64,000 nucleotides of DNA from Acutalibacteraceae bacterium (GTDB lineage: Bacteria > Bacillota > Clostridia > Oscillospirales > Acutalibacteraceae). The stretch is taken from assembly GCA_045647405.1 (NCBI GenBank), contig JAZRMI010000007.1, forward strand, positions 31,895-95,894. The letters run 5' to 3'. Positions 36,095-46,737 of this stretch are shown piece by piece (positions within the stretch are counted from its first letter, which is position 1; every line of letters starts with the position of its first letter). A program made the translations under genes and the position numbers. Below the pieces are notes generated by a model. It worked only from the letters and a program-made list of their open reading frames with translations. It did not search any database and had not been told where the DNA came from.

Positions 36095-37288
36095 TTATCG
36101 CAAATTTTTGCAATCTTTATTTTTTAAAATATAAAGCCCACATAAAACCATTGCTATTGGGAAGACAGACGCTACACCAAAACCTAAATTAAGACTGTAT
36201 TTATCTGCTAAAAGACCGATTATCCACGGACCTAAGCAACAACCCGTATCTCCGCACATAGCAAACACGCTGAACATAACCGCACCGCCTCTTTTAAATG
36301 AGCGTGCGCCTGCAGAATAAAGACCGGGCCACGAAATGCTGACACTAAATCCACAAAGAGCGCAAAAGATTAAAGCCACAAAGGGTATTTTGCAAATCGC
36401 TACCGTAAGATAACAGACTGTACATAAAACATTTAGCGCTATAATCAGTTTGGTGAAAGAAACCTTTTTAGAAAACAAAGCGTATATAACCCTTCCGCTA
36501 CCCATAAGCAAGGCAAAAGCGCAAGGTCCTGCCAAATCACCAATAAACTTTGAAACACCCAACGCATTTTGAGCGAAAATAGATGCCCATTCTGCCATTG
36601 CAATCTCACTTGCACCCGCACAGAGCATCATTATCATATAAACAATAAACTTCTTTGACTTTATAAGTTCCAAAAAAGTTGACTGTTTTTGGTCGGGACT
36701 TGGTTCCACTATCGGCACTTTACTAAAACTTATAGCATTCACAAGCGGTATTACCGACCAAATAAGAGGTATATACACCCAGTTTAAAAAACCGAAAGCA
36801 ATAACCAAAATCGATGTTACAATAATTGTAACCGCCTGTCCCCAACAGTAAAAAGAATGTAAAACCGCCATATTTCCCGATTTATTTCCTGTTGGCAACA
36901 TTTCAATCATAGGGCTTAAAATAACCTCAATAAGTCCGCTTCCCGTTGCATAAATCATAATACAAATTATAATTGCAAGGTATGTATTGCTCATTATATT
37001 AGGTAACAATCCAAGCAAAGCAAGACCTAATCCTGCCGATACCTGTGAGAATATTGCCGATTTCCTGTAACCTATTTTTTCAACGATTTTAGGGGTGATT
37101 AAATCTACCGCCATTTGAGTTGCAAAGTTGAAAACCATAAGTCTGCCGAGTTTTTCATAACTCAAATTATATACATTCTGAAACACAATAAAAAGAATCG
37201 GCAAGAAGTTATTAACAATAGCCTGAACAAAAAAGCCAACATATCCCGCAATTTTTGTTGGGATATATTTTTTTATCTGAGAATCCAT
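36095..37288 (-). CDS. MFS transporter
   Basis: 397 aa with a hydrophobicity pattern suggesting about 12 TM segments. Confidence 0.75.
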   Translation of the reverse strand: MDSQIKKYIPTKIAGYVGFFVQAIVNNFLPILFIVFQNVYNLSYEKLGRLMVFNFATQMAVDLITPKIVEKIGYRKSAIFSQVSAGLGLALLGLLPNIMSNTYLAIIICIMIYATGSGLIEVILSPMIEMLPTGNKSGNMAVLHSFYCWGQAVTIIVTSILVIAFGFLNWVYIPLIWSVIPLVNAISFSKVPIVEPSPDQKQSTFLELIKSKKFIVYMIMMLCAGASEIAMAEWASIFAQNALGVSKFIGDLAGPCAFALLMGSGRVIYALFSKKVSFTKLIIALNVLCTVCYLTVAICKIPFVALIFCALCGFSVSISWPGLYSAGARSFKRGGAVMFSVFAMCGDTGCCLGPWIIGLLADKYSLNLGFGVASVFPIAMVLCGLYILKNKDCKNLR

Positions 37289-37289
37289 T

Positions 37290-37943
37290 TTAATTTTCCT
37301 TTAAAATATCTATAACCTCAATAGGATTTTTAATTATGTATTGTGCACCGTTTTCAAGAAGTTCATCTTCTCCCCTGAATCCCCAAAGCACACCTACTGC
37401 CACACAACCGCTATTTACCGCAGTTGCCATATCCATTCCCGAATCACCGACGAAAAGACATTCTGTGGGGTTTACACCCAATTTTTCAATAATTTCAAGT
37501 GTAAGTGTGGGGTCGGGTTTAGTGGGATAGCCCTCTCTTTTACCCGTAACGCAGTCAAAAATATTACCAAACAACTTATTAACAACAACACCTGTCATTT
37601 GGTCTGCCTTATTTGAAACAACCGCAATCTTAGTGCCCTTTGCTTTTAACTCGGTTAAAAGCCCGTCAATGCCGTCATAAGCGGTTGTCTTATCTGCATA
37701 ATGTTCTTTATAATATTCCAAAAAGGTTTCCAAGACTTGATGTTTAGTATCATCATCACGGTTATCGGGCGGTAAAGCACGCTCAACAAGTTTTGGCATA
37801 CCGTCGCCCACCAACATTTTAAACTCCTCTAATTCGTGAGGAGGAAAGCCAAACTGTTTTAAAGCATAATTTGTGCTATCTGCCAAATCAGAAAGCGAGT
37901 TTACAAGCGTTCCGTCCAAGTCAAATATAACTGCCTTAATCAT
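37290..37943 (-). CDS. HAD-IA hydrolase (phosphoglycolate phosphatase-like)
   Basis: MIKAVIFDLDGTL motif I, VSNK, GDSGMDM. The 30-aa N-terminal extension in the ORF track was discarded. Confidence 0.8.
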   Translation of the reverse strand: MIKAVIFDLDGTLVNSLSDLADSTNYALKQFGFPPHELEEFKMLVGDGMPKLVERALPPDNRDDDTKHQVLETFLEYYKEHYADKTTAYDGIDGLLTELKAKGTKIAVVSNKADQMTGVVVNKLFGNIFDCVTGKREGYPTKPDPTLTLEIIEKLGVNPTECLFVGDSGMDMATAVNSGCVAVGVLWGFRGEDELLENGAQYIIKNPIEVIDILKEN

Positions 37944-38073
37944 TTTACAACCCCAAACATTAAGAACTAAAAGAAAATTATTCACAGTGCCGTTTGCAGT
38001 GAACGGTGCCGTACAAAGTACTGCCCTGAGCAAAAAACGGTGCTGTGGGTAATTTTATAAAAATTCTTTCAAA

Positions 38074-38101
38074 TACAAAAAACCCCTGGGTATACTCAGG
38101 G
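38074..38101 (-). terminator. Rho-independent terminator after rpmB
   Basis: ccctgagtatacccagggg hairpin on the minus strand followed by ttttttg. Confidence 0.65.
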
Positions 38102-38118
38102 TTTGTTTGTAAGAAATA

Positions 38119-38307
38119 TTAGATTGCTCTGGTAACTTTACCTGAACGTAAGCAACGGGTGCAAACATTGATACGACGGGGTGAACCGTTAACGATTGCC
38201 TTTACCTTCTTAACATTCGGCTTCCATGTTCTGTTAGAACGTCTGTGTGAGTGAGAAACTTTAATACCGAAAGCAATTTCCTTATTGCAGATATCACATT
38301 TAGCCAT
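38119..38307 (-). CDS. rpmB: 50S ribosomal protein L28
   Basis: MAKCDICNKE...SHSHRRSNRTWKPN. AAGGAGGTG precedes the ATG at 38307. Confidence 0.95.
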   Translation of the reverse strand: MAKCDICNKEIAFGIKVSHSHRRSNRTWKPNVKKVKAIVNGSPRRINVCTRCLRSGKVTRAI

Positions 38308-38412
38308 GGTCTGCACCTCCTTCATAATCGCCGATTATACATATCGACCGCATAGCAAGGTATATAATACCACACTGTGCGCCAAAAATCAAGTATTTTT
38401 TTATTTTTTTAT

Positions 38413-39396
38413 TTAATGTTCGCTCGTATTGGGTCTTCGCATTAAATTAAGTACAACCTCATTAACTTTTCTGTTCCCATAAAGCACTTCATAACACTCG
38501 CTGACAATAGGAAGTTCCATATTATATTTACGGCTTAATTTATAAGTATTTTCAGTTGCATAATATCCTTCAACCGTACCAACCTCGTCCAAGGCGGTTT
38601 TAATTGAAGTTCCACTTCCTACCTTATACCCAAAGCGGTTATTACGGCTGTGTCGTGATGTACAGGTTACAATCAAATCTCCTATGCCTGTGAGTCCCGC
38701 AAAGGTATATTCTTTAGCGCCCATACGAACACCGAGCCTTGTCATTTCAGCAAGACCTCTTGTTATTAAAGCGGCTTTCGAGTTATCACCTAAACCCAGT
38801 CCGTCACAAAAACCTGCCGCAATAGCAATAACATTTTTAATAGCACCGCCGAGTTCAACACCAACTAAATCAGTTGAAGTGTAAACACGCAGATTATCGC
38901 TCGACATTATATCCTGAACAATCTGTGCGGAAACAAGCGAATTAGAGGCGGAAACCAAAGAAGTTGGTATATTTCGTGCCACTTCTTCAGCGTGTGACGG
39001 GCCCGACAATGCAACCACGCTCACATTAGGCATTTCTTCACTTATAACATCGGACAAGAACTTTAAACTCTCACTTTCAAAACCTTTTGAAACATTAACC
39101 ACTATACCCTCTTGTTTATACTGCGAAAGTTGTTTAGCAACACTTCTGACAGCGGTTGACGGGGTTGCAATAATGGTTATATCATCGTTTTGGACAACCG
39201 ATAAATCGGTTGTTATATCAATACCTTGAGGTAAAAACACACCACGCAATAATTTTTCATTTGTACGGTTTTCACGCAGATTTTTAACTTCATCCTCAAA
39301 AGGCGACCATAATGTAACCTGATTTCTGTTATTAAAAGCAGAAATAGCAAGCGCCATTCCCCAACCGCCAGAGCCTAAAACAGTTATTTTAGCCAA
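38413..39396 (-). CDS. gpsA: NAD(P)H-dependent glycerol-3-phosphate dehydrogenase
   Basis: VLGSGGWG Rossmann motif, the GLGDNSKAALITRGLAEM signature, and adjacency to plsY. Confidence 0.94.
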   Translation of the reverse strand: MAKITVLGSGGWGMALAISAFNNRNQVTLWSPFEDEVKNLRENRTNEKLLRGVFLPQGIDITTDLSVVQNDDITIIATPSTAVRSVAKQLSQYKQEGIVVNVSKGFESESLKFLSDVISEEMPNVSVVALSGPSHAEEVARNIPTSLVSASNSLVSAQIVQDIMSSDNLRVYTSTDLVGVELGGAIKNVIAIAAGFCDGLGLGDNSKAALITRGLAEMTRLGVRMGAKEYTFAGLTGIGDLIVTCTSRHSRNNRFGYKVGSGTSIKTALDEVGTVEGYYATENTYKLSRKYNMELPIVSECYEVLYGNRKVNEVVLNLMRRPNTSEH

Positions 39397-39398
39397 GG

Positions 39399-40046
39399 TT
39401 ATTTTCCTCCGAATTTAACTTTTGATTCCGTTCCTGCCATAAGGCGTTTAATATTTTCACTATGCTTTCCGATAACAATACCGCCCATAACCAGACTTAA
39501 AACAATCTGAGGCAAAATTGCGGCATCTTTATCATAGAAAATAATTGATAAAACCACCACAACCACAGCTGCCGAAACAGAACTTAAGGACACATATTTA
39601 GAAATAAACAGCATTGCGGCAAAAACACAAAGACCTATAATAATTGCGATAGGACAGCAAACAGCAAATATGCCTACGCTGGTTGCCACACCTTTACCGC
39701 CTTTAAACTGAAAGAAAACGGGATACACATGACCTAACATACAAGCCGTACCGCACAGAAATGCGCCGAAAATTGCACTCGACCAATCGCTTACGGTCTG
39801 TGTGTAAATATACTCGAAAATCATTTTACCCATATATGCTGCCGCAAAACCTTTAAGCGCATCGAATAAAAAGGTTAATGCACCGGGTAAAAATCCCGCA
39901 TTTCGCATAACATTGGTAGTGCCTGCATTTCCGCTGCCGAGTTCACGGACATCCTTTTTAAGAAATGCCTTAGCAAAAATTACAGCAAAATTTATACTTC
40001 CTATTAAATAAGCGGCAATAACCGTTACCAAAGCAGTCATAACCAT
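39399..40046 (-). CDS. plsY: Glycerol-3-phosphate acyltransferase PlsY
   Basis: GSGNAGTTNV and FKGGKGVAT motifs; multi-TM protein. Confidence 0.93.
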   Translation of the reverse strand: MVMTALVTVIAAYLIGSINFAVIFAKAFLKKDVRELGSGNAGTTNVMRNAGFLPGALTFLFDALKGFAAAYMGKMIFEYIYTQTVSDWSSAIFGAFLCGTACMLGHVYPVFFQFKGGKGVATSVGIFAVCCPIAIIIGLCVFAAMLFISKYVSLSSVSAAVVVVVLSIIFYDKDAAILPQIVLSLVMGGIVIGKHSENIKRLMAGTESKVKFGGK

Positions 40047-41368
40047 TACTTATCGCCCCTTTCACGAATTACAAATCTCACGGGTGTTCCCTCAAGACCA
40101 AATGTTGAACGGATTTGATTCTCTAAATAACGCTGATATGAGAAATGGAAAAGTTCAGCATTATTGCAAAAGCAAACAAATGTAGGCGGTTTTGTTGAAG
40201 CCTGAGTCATATAATAAATCTTGAGTCTCTTACCTTTATCTGTAGGGGGTTGAACACGGGCAGTGGCTTCTGCAAGAATATCATTGAGTTTTCCTGTGGA
40301 TATTCTCATTGTGTTCTGTTCGTTAACATATTTAATGAGTTCAAACAGCCTATCAACTCTTTGCCCAGTTTTTGCCGAAATAAATATAATCGGTGCATAA
40401 GGCATAAACGAAAAATCGTTCATAAGACCTTTTCTGTAAGAATCCATCGTTCTGCCGTCTTTTTCAACTGCATCCCATTTATTAACCGCAATAATACAGG
40501 CTCTGCCCTGTTCCAAAGCAAGACCTGCCACTTTGGAATCCTGTTCGGTAAAGCCGTCTTTACCGTCAATCATAATAACGCAAACATCGGCTCGCTCAAC
40601 AGCCATTTTAGCACGAAGCACGCTATATTTTTCAATCTTATCCTCAACTTTACTTTTTCTGCGAAGTCCCGCAGTGTCAATAAAGTTATATAAAACACCA
40701 TCACGCTCAATCTTTGTGTCAATAGCATCTCTTGTTGTGCCTGCAATGTTAGAAACAATAGACCTTGTTTCCCCTGCAATCTGATTTATAAGGGAAGATT
40801 TACCCGCATTTGGCTTACCTATAACCGCAACATTTATAATATCTTGGTCATCGTCTTCAAATTCCTCTTGCGGTATATGTGAAATAACCGCATCAAGCAA
40901 ATCACCCGTACCGTGACCGTGCACCGAAGAAACGGCAATCGGCTCACCGATACCCAAATTATAAAACTCATAAAATTCAAGCGGTGTGTCACCGATAGTA
41001 TCGCATTTATTTACGCAAAGCACAATCGGTTTTCCGCTTTTTTGAAGCATTGCCGCAACATCCATATCTGCCGCAGTAACACCGCTTTTTAAATCAGTAA
41101 CGAATATAATAACTGATGCGGTATCTATTGCAAGTTGAGCCTGTGCTCGCATATTTTCAAGAATAATATCGTCGGTTTTAGGCTCAATACCGCCTGTATC
41201 AACAAACATCATCTTTCTGCCAAGCCATTCAGCGTCACCATAGATTCTGTCACGGGTAACGCCCGGGGTATCGTCTACAATAGAAAGGCGCTTACCGATT
41301 ATTTTATTAAAAAGTGTAGATTTTCCAACATTCGGTCTGCCAACTACAGCCACAATCGGTTTAGCCAT
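40046..41368 (-). CDS. der: Ribosome-biogenesis GTPase Der (EngA)
   Basis: Tandem G domains (GRPNVGKST, GKPNAGKSS) plus a KH-like C-terminus. Confidence 0.96.
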   Translation of the reverse strand: MAKPIVAVVGRPNVGKSTLFNKIIGKRLSIVDDTPGVTRDRIYGDAEWLGRKMMFVDTGGIEPKTDDIILENMRAQAQLAIDTASVIIFVTDLKSGVTAADMDVAAMLQKSGKPIVLCVNKCDTIGDTPLEFYEFYNLGIGEPIAVSSVHGHGTGDLLDAVISHIPQEEFEDDDQDIINVAVIGKPNAGKSSLINQIAGETRSIVSNIAGTTRDAIDTKIERDGVLYNFIDTAGLRRKSKVEDKIEKYSVLRAKMAVERADVCVIMIDGKDGFTEQDSKVAGLALEQGRACIIAVNKWDAVEKDGRTMDSYRKGLMNDFSFMPYAPIIFISAKTGQRVDRLFELIKYVNEQNTMRISTGKLNDILAEATARVQPPTDKGKRLKIYYMTQASTKPPTFVCFCNNAELFHFSYQRYLENQIRSTFGLEGTPVRFVIRERGDK

Positions 41369-41369
41369 A

Positions 41370-42680
41370 CTATACTTCCTCCCCTAAAATAGAACTTATA
41401 AATTCATACCCATCATTCTCAACGGGATGAATTGTTACATTTAATTTTTTTGATAATTCTTCCAATGTTATACTGTCAAGAAACATATCCTTTTCATTAC
41501 GAAGCATAACCGCAGGGATAAGCATCTCTTCTCCCAAATCTTTGCCTTTTATCTGCTCCTTAATATCAGTAGCGGTAATCAATCCTGCCACCGTTATCAA
41601 AGGACCGAAAAAGTTGTTTTCTATCATAAAAACATTACATTCTAAATTATCCCATTTTTGTTGGCATTTGTCAACAATTTGTGTAATCAAAGGATACGCC
41701 GCTTTGCCTGTTACTATTGATATTTTTCTCTTTTTTTCTAATTTATAATCGCTTGTTTCCAAAGAATCCATTGATTCTTTTAAAAACAGCGACCACATTC
41801 CTACGCCGTTATCAAGTTGCAGAAACTCTCCGTAATACTTAGCGTCGGGCATTTGCCTTTTAGACAAAATATAAAACTCATCCGAAGCATAAACACGCCT
41901 TGAGCCGTATTTTTGCAAACATTTATCACCGAAACTGTCAATTATATCAATGGTTTTATTAGCAGTCTCAAAATCAAAAGGTTTAAGTTGGTCTAAGCCG
42001 TCACGGTATTTTGTAAGACCGACAGGCACAGCCGCTATGCATTCAACATTTGAAAGTTTTGTTAAATCGCCAAGCGTTCTTTCAAGTTCCTTACCGTCAT
42101 TCATTTCGGGGACTAACACCAACTGACAGTTAATCTTTATTCCCGCATCATTAAAACGGTTAATTACCGAAAGGACTTTACCCGCATTTTTATTACGCAT
42201 CATTTTAACACGAAGTTCGGGGTTAGTGGTATGAACAGAAATATTTATAGGGCTTATATGCATTTTGATAATCCGTTCAATTTCGTGTTCTGTAATATTG
42301 GTGAGGGTTATATAATTACCGAAAAGAAAAGAAAGCCGTGAATCGTCATCCTTAAAATAAAGGCTTTCACGCATACCCTTAGGCATCTGGTCGATAAAAC
42401 AAAAGACACATTTATTTAAGCAAGAATGTTTTTTATCCATAAGATAAGTCTCAAAATTAAGACCGAGTTCAGAAAATTCTTCCTTTCTTATCCGCTTTTG
42501 CTTTATTTTACCCTTTTCATTAATAAATTTAATTTTTAATTTCTGATTGTTTTGGTAAAAACGGTAATCAAGCACATCCATTATATCGTTATCATTTATA
42601 GAAAGAAGTGTATAACCGCTTTTAAGCCCTGCTTTATATGCAGGACTGCCCAAATCCACCGAATCAATTATAACAGACAT
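41370..42680 (-). CDS. PDZ + radical-SAM-like + DUF512 protein
   Basis: N-terminal PDZ (SPAYKAGLKSGYTLLSIN) and a CLNKCVFC (Cx3Cx2C) motif. Its stop abuts the der start. Confidence 0.7.
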   Translation of the reverse strand: MSVIIDSVDLGSPAYKAGLKSGYTLLSINDNDIMDVLDYRFYQNNQKLKIKFINEKGKIKQKRIRKEEFSELGLNFETYLMDKKHSCLNKCVFCFIDQMPKGMRESLYFKDDDSRLSFLFGNYITLTNITEHEIERIIKMHISPINISVHTTNPELRVKMMRNKNAGKVLSVINRFNDAGIKINCQLVLVPEMNDGKELERTLGDLTKLSNVECIAAVPVGLTKYRDGLDQLKPFDFETANKTIDIIDSFGDKCLQKYGSRRVYASDEFYILSKRQMPDAKYYGEFLQLDNGVGMWSLFLKESMDSLETSDYKLEKKRKISIVTGKAAYPLITQIVDKCQQKWDNLECNVFMIENNFFGPLITVAGLITATDIKEQIKGKDLGEEMLIPAVMLRNEKDMFLDSITLEELSKKLNVTIHPVENDGYEFISSILGEEV

Positions 42681-42762
42681 AACTTCACCGCCTTTTTAAA
42701 ACTTAAAAAAATCAGAGGCGGAATTTTATCCCCCTCTGATTTTGTTTTTAATTCAAAATGAA

Positions 42763-42951
42763 TTATTCAGCAACCTTTACTACCTCACGGCCGTCATACT
42801 GACCGCAAGCAGCGCAAAGTCTGTGCGGACGCTTATAAGCACCGCAAGAGCACTTTACTAAAGTAGGAGCGCTTAACTTCCAAACATTATTTCTTCTTTT
42901 ATCTCTTCTGGCTTTTGAATGTTTTCTCTTTGGTACTGCCATTTTCAGCAC
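42763..42951 (-). CDS. rpmF: 50S ribosomal protein L32
   Basis: MAVPKRKHSKARRDKRR plus a CxxC...CxxC Zn ribbon. Confidence 0.95.
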   Translation of the reverse strand: MLKMAVPKRKHSKARRDKRRNNVWKLSAPTLVKCSCGAYKRPHRLCAACGQYDGREVVKVAE

Positions 42952-42975
42952 CTCCTTAAATTGATTAAAAAAATA

Positions 42976-43473
42976 TTAATTATTAAGTAATTCGGCAAGT
43001 GCTGAAAGTCTGGGGTCAATTTCTTTTTCCGGACAGTCACATTTACCGTCATTAAGGTTTTTACCGCACTTTGAACAAACGCCCTTACAATCCTTTGAAC
43101 AAAGATGTTTCATCGGAAGACTGACGATAACTTCTGTATAAAGAAATTCATCAATATCCAATTTCATATCAGGCACAAGAAGAATTGTATCGCTGTCATC
43201 GCCCTCAATCGAAGTTGCAAGCGATTTATCAACCTTTACGGTGTGTTTGCGAACAGTCTCGGTGCCGCAGCGGTGACAAGGGGCATCATACTCAAAAGCA
43301 ATTTCTGCCTCAAACCTTATAAGACTTGATTTGTTGGAAACGGTGCCAGAGATTGAAACGGGTTTTTTGAGCGGAAATTCACCCGAATATTCTACATCAC
43401 TTAAATCCAACGAATACTCAATCGGCAACGAAGAATTATCATTGACAAAAATATGTTTTAAATCAATAATCAT
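42976..43473 (-). CDS. yceD: YceD/DUF177-family protein
   Basis: Conserved position upstream of rpmF and a Cys-rich C-terminal part (CSKDCKGVCSKCGKNLNDGKCDC). Confidence 0.85.
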   Translation of the reverse strand: MIIDLKHIFVNDNSSLPIEYSLDLSDVEYSGEFPLKKPVSISGTVSNKSSLIRFEAEIAFEYDAPCHRCGTETVRKHTVKVDKSLATSIEGDDSDTILLVPDMKLDIDEFLYTEVIVSLPMKHLCSKDCKGVCSKCGKNLNDGKCDCPEKEIDPRLSALAELLNN

Positions 43474-43548
43474 ACTTCCACCTCTATCGTCACAAAGTAT
43501 ATTATATATATTATACCTTACTTTGTCAAGAATTTATTTTAAAATATA

Positions 43549-43578
43549 AAAAAATTACGGGTAGCGGTTGCTACCCGT
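43549..43578 (-). terminator. Rho-independent terminator after the small P-loop gene
   Basis: acgggtagc-aacc-gctacccgt on the minus strand followed by aatttttt. Confidence 0.65.
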
Positions 43579-43586
43579 TAAAATCA

Positions 43587-43997
43587 TTAGTTACAAACTT
43601 CTGCAATGTCGAACAATTTTTTAGGTAATTCCTCTTTGTCAGCCGAAACTGTAAAGATAAATTCAACATCATCAATCTTTGAAATTCTTTCAAAGAACGC
43701 AATAAGTTCTTCATAATCACGGGTACCGATGCGAAGTGTTGCATCACCAAAAATATGGGTTACATCGTGATTGCCTGCCTTAATGCCCGCAACCATTCCG
43801 TAATATTCGTTATAACCTGCTATGCCGTATGCATCAGCATCAATAAGACGTGCTTTATGAGTAACAGAATAGGTCAAAGTATCTCCCTTTTCAATGCAAA
43901 CTACATTGCCAAGACTTGTATTAGCGGCCCCATTTACCATATCCACTAATAATTTGGTTTTACCCGAACCTTTTCTTCCGATAATGATTTTAATCAT
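43587..43997 (-). CDS. Small (136 aa) P-loop protein of unknown function
   Basis: Walker A GRKGSGKT at residues 7-14. I recognised no other motif. Confidence 0.5.
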   Translation of the reverse strand: MIKIIIGRKGSGKTKLLVDMVNGAANTSLGNVVCIEKGDTLTYSVTHKARLIDADAYGIAGYNEYYGMVAGIKAGNHDVTHIFGDATLRIGTRDYEELIAFFERISKIDDVEFIFTVSADKEELPKKLFDIAEVCN

Positions 43998-44050
43998 TTA
44001 TACCAACTCCTTTTTATTTCACTGCTAAAAGCAGTTATTTCTGTTATAAA

Positions 44051-45391
44051 TTATTTACCCAAGCGTTTTTCAAGTTTTTGCTTTTCTTCTTCATAACCGG
44101 GTTTACCGAGAAGAGCAAACATATTTTTCTTATAACTTTCAACACCCGGTTGGTCAAACGGATTTACACCCAACATATAACCCGAAATTGCACAGGCTTT
44201 TTCAAAGAAATAAATAAGTCTGCCAAGATTATCTTCGTCAGCCTTGTCAACTTTAATTTCAAGGTTAGGCACACCACCGTCTGTATGAGCCAAGACAGTT
44301 CCCTCAAAGGCTTTCCTGTTTACAAATGACATTGTTTTGCCTGCCAAGAAATTAAGACCGTCGCCGTCATCTGCTTCTTTTTCGATTATAACATCTTTAT
44401 CGCTTTCGCCAAAAGTTACAACCGTTTCAAACATTAACCTTGCGCCATCCTGAACATACTGTCCCATAGAATGAAGGTCAGTAGAAAAGGTGACAGATGC
44501 AGGGAAAAGACCTTTATTATCTTTGCCTTCGCTTTCACCAAAAAGTTGTTTAAACCATTCAGCCATCATAGTAAAGCGAGGTTCATAACTAACAAGAAGT
44601 TCAACCGATTTACCCTTACGGTAAAAAGCATTACGAAGTGCTGCATATTTGTAACAATCGTTTTTATAAATATCAGATTCATTATACTCTGTAGCGGCAG
44701 TAGCGGCACCTTTCATAAGCGCATCAATATCTGCACCCGCAGCAGCGATTGGCAACAGACCAACAGCAGTCAAAACAGAAAATCTTCCGCCGACATCATC
44801 CGGCACTACAAAACATTCATAGCCTTTTTCGTCTGCTAACTGTTTTAAAGTTCCTCTTGCTTTATCAGTTGTGCAGTAAATACGCTTTGCAGCCTCTGCT
44901 TCGCCGTATTTTTCTTCCATAAATTTGCGGAAAACTCTGAAAGCGATTGCGGGTTCAGTTGTAGTTCCGGATTTGGAAATAATATTTACCGAAACACGCT
45001 TACCCTCGCAAATCTTCAAAATATCGTCAAGGTAAGAACCACTTATATTATTACCTGCAAAATAAATTTGCGGAACACCGTCTGCTAAATTATTGTAATA
45101 AGGACCTTTTAGAAACTCAATAGCGGCACGTGCACCGAGATATGAACCGCCGATACCGATAACGATTAAAACATCGGTATCCTCTTTAATTTTCTGAGCG
45201 GCTTTCTTTATTCGGGAAAACTCTTCCTTATCATAATCAAACGGAAGATTTACCCAACCCAAAAAGTCATTGCCGAGACCGTCTTTGTTATGAACGGTAT
45301 CGTGTGCAGACTTAACCTGTTTTTCAAGACCAAAAAGGTCATTTTCACGCAAAAAACTACTTGCGTATGAAGAATTGAATTTAATTGCCAT
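44051..45391 (-). CDS. pgi: Glucose-6-phosphate isomerase
   Basis: [20 protein letters not shown] and GGRFSV motifs; the about 450-aa Firmicutes type. Confidence 0.95.
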   Translation of the reverse strand: MAIKFNSSYASSFLRENDLFGLEKQVKSAHDTVHNKDGLGNDFLGWVNLPFDYDKEEFSRIKKAAQKIKEDTDVLIVIGIGGSYLGARAAIEFLKGPYYNNLADGVPQIYFAGNNISGSYLDDILKICEGKRVSVNIISKSGTTTEPAIAFRVFRKFMEEKYGEAEAAKRIYCTTDKARGTLKQLADEKGYECFVVPDDVGGRFSVLTAVGLLPIAAAGADIDALMKGAATAATEYNESDIYKNDCYKYAALRNAFYRKGKSVELLVSYEPRFTMMAEWFKQLFGESEGKDNKGLFPASVTFSTDLHSMGQYVQDGARLMFETVVTFGESDKDVIIEKEADDGDGLNFLAGKTMSFVNRKAFEGTVLAHTDGGVPNLEIKVDKADEDNLGRLIYFFEKACAISGYMLGVNPFDQPGVESYKKNMFALLGKPGYEEEKQKLEKRLGK

Positions 45392-45481
45392 TTATTTTTC
45401 ACCTATATTTTATTTGTTATTTATATTTTACTATATATTTGTATCTTTTTCAAGATAAATTATGGATATTTATAAAAAATT

Positions 45482-46696
45482 TTACAAACTGAACATCCCT
45501 TTGAGTATCCAACCTATTGTAACCCACAATGTAAGTTTGGGAACATCTTGTGTTGAAACTATTTTAAGGCTTCCCACCTGAGCGTCATCTATATAGACAT
45601 TAACACACCCTAATGTATCACCCTTTTTGATTGGCGCTTTAATTTCTTTATTCCATTCGGTTTTACGGACTATCTTATCACCCGAAACCTTTGGCAACAA
45701 AATATTCACTTTATCACTTGAAGTAACATAAACCTCAGGATATATACCGTCCTTAACCTTAACCTTTAAATCTTTTTCAAGTTCTGCACCGATTTGTGTG
45801 AAACTGTAATTCGCAAAACCGTAGTCAAGAAGTTTCTTTGCACCGTTGAAACGGTCGTTACTGGTTTCCCCTGCCAAAACAACCGCCACAAGTTCCATAC
45901 CATTTCGTTTTGCAGTCGCAGACAGGCAATACTTTGCAATACTTGTTGTGCCTGTTTTAAGTCCTGTTGTTCCCTCATAAAAACGGACGAGTTTATTAGT
46001 GTTCACAAGTTCGCTTTCACCGTCTCGCAAACTGTCCATCCAAACGGTTGAATATTTTTTAATAAGGTCGTATTTTATAAGTTCGCTCGACATTATGGCA
46101 ACATCGTGTGCCGATGTTATATGCCCCTCAGCATCAAGCCCTGTGCAGTTTACAAAATTAGTATTTGTCATACCGAGTTGTTTAGCCCTTTCGTTCATAA
46201 GAGCAACAAAACCCTCTTCACTGCCTGCAATCGCCTCGCCCAAAGCCACACAAGCATCATTTGCGGAGGCAATAACCGTGGCTTTTAAAAGTTCGTCAAC
46301 TGTCATTCCCTCACCGGGTTCTAACCAGATTTGTGAACCGCCCATACTGCAAGCGTGTTCGCTCGCATAAATAACTGTTTCTAAATCCAAATCGCCTCTG
46401 CCGATTGCCTCCATCACAAGAAGTAAAGGCATGATTTTGGTTATAGATGCGGGCGCTAACTTTTCATCAGAGTTCTGCTCATAAAGAATTTCGCCCGTAT
46501 AAGGTTCCATCAATATTGCCGACTTTGCTTTTATATCAAGTTTTTGACCTATCACTGCATTTTCGGTAGCGGTATCAATCGGCACATCAATATCCGAAAT
46601 ATCACATTCGCTTGAAACTGTCGCCGCCGAAACCGAAAAACTGAATATTAAAGAGATAATAAGAAAGCAACTTAAAAATTTTTTCAAAAAAAGCAC
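45482..46696 (-). CDS. D-alanyl-D-alanine carboxypeptidase (S11, PBP5/DacB/DacF-like)
   Basis: Signal peptide, SITKIM (SxxK), SAND (SxN), KTGTT (KTG), and a C-terminal anchor. Confidence 0.88.
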   Translation of the reverse strand: MLFLKKFLSCFLIISLIFSFSVSAATVSSECDISDIDVPIDTATENAVIGQKLDIKAKSAILMEPYTGEILYEQNSDEKLAPASITKIMPLLLVMEAIGRGDLDLETVIYASEHACSMGGSQIWLEPGEGMTVDELLKATVIASANDACVALGEAIAGSEEGFVALMNERAKQLGMTNTNFVNCTGLDAEGHITSAHDVAIMSSELIKYDLIKKYSTVWMDSLRDGESELVNTNKLVRFYEGTTGLKTGTTSIAKYCLSATAKRNGMELVAVVLAGETSNDRFNGAKKLLDYGFANYSFTQIGAELEKDLKVKVKDGIYPEVYVTSSDKVNILLPKVSGDKIVRKTEWNKEIKAPIKKGDTLGCVNVYIDDAQVGSLKIVSTQDVPKLTLWVTIGWILKGMFSL

Positions 46697-46737
46697 ACCC
46701 TTTTACACTTATATATAAAAGGATATGCCTTAAAACT

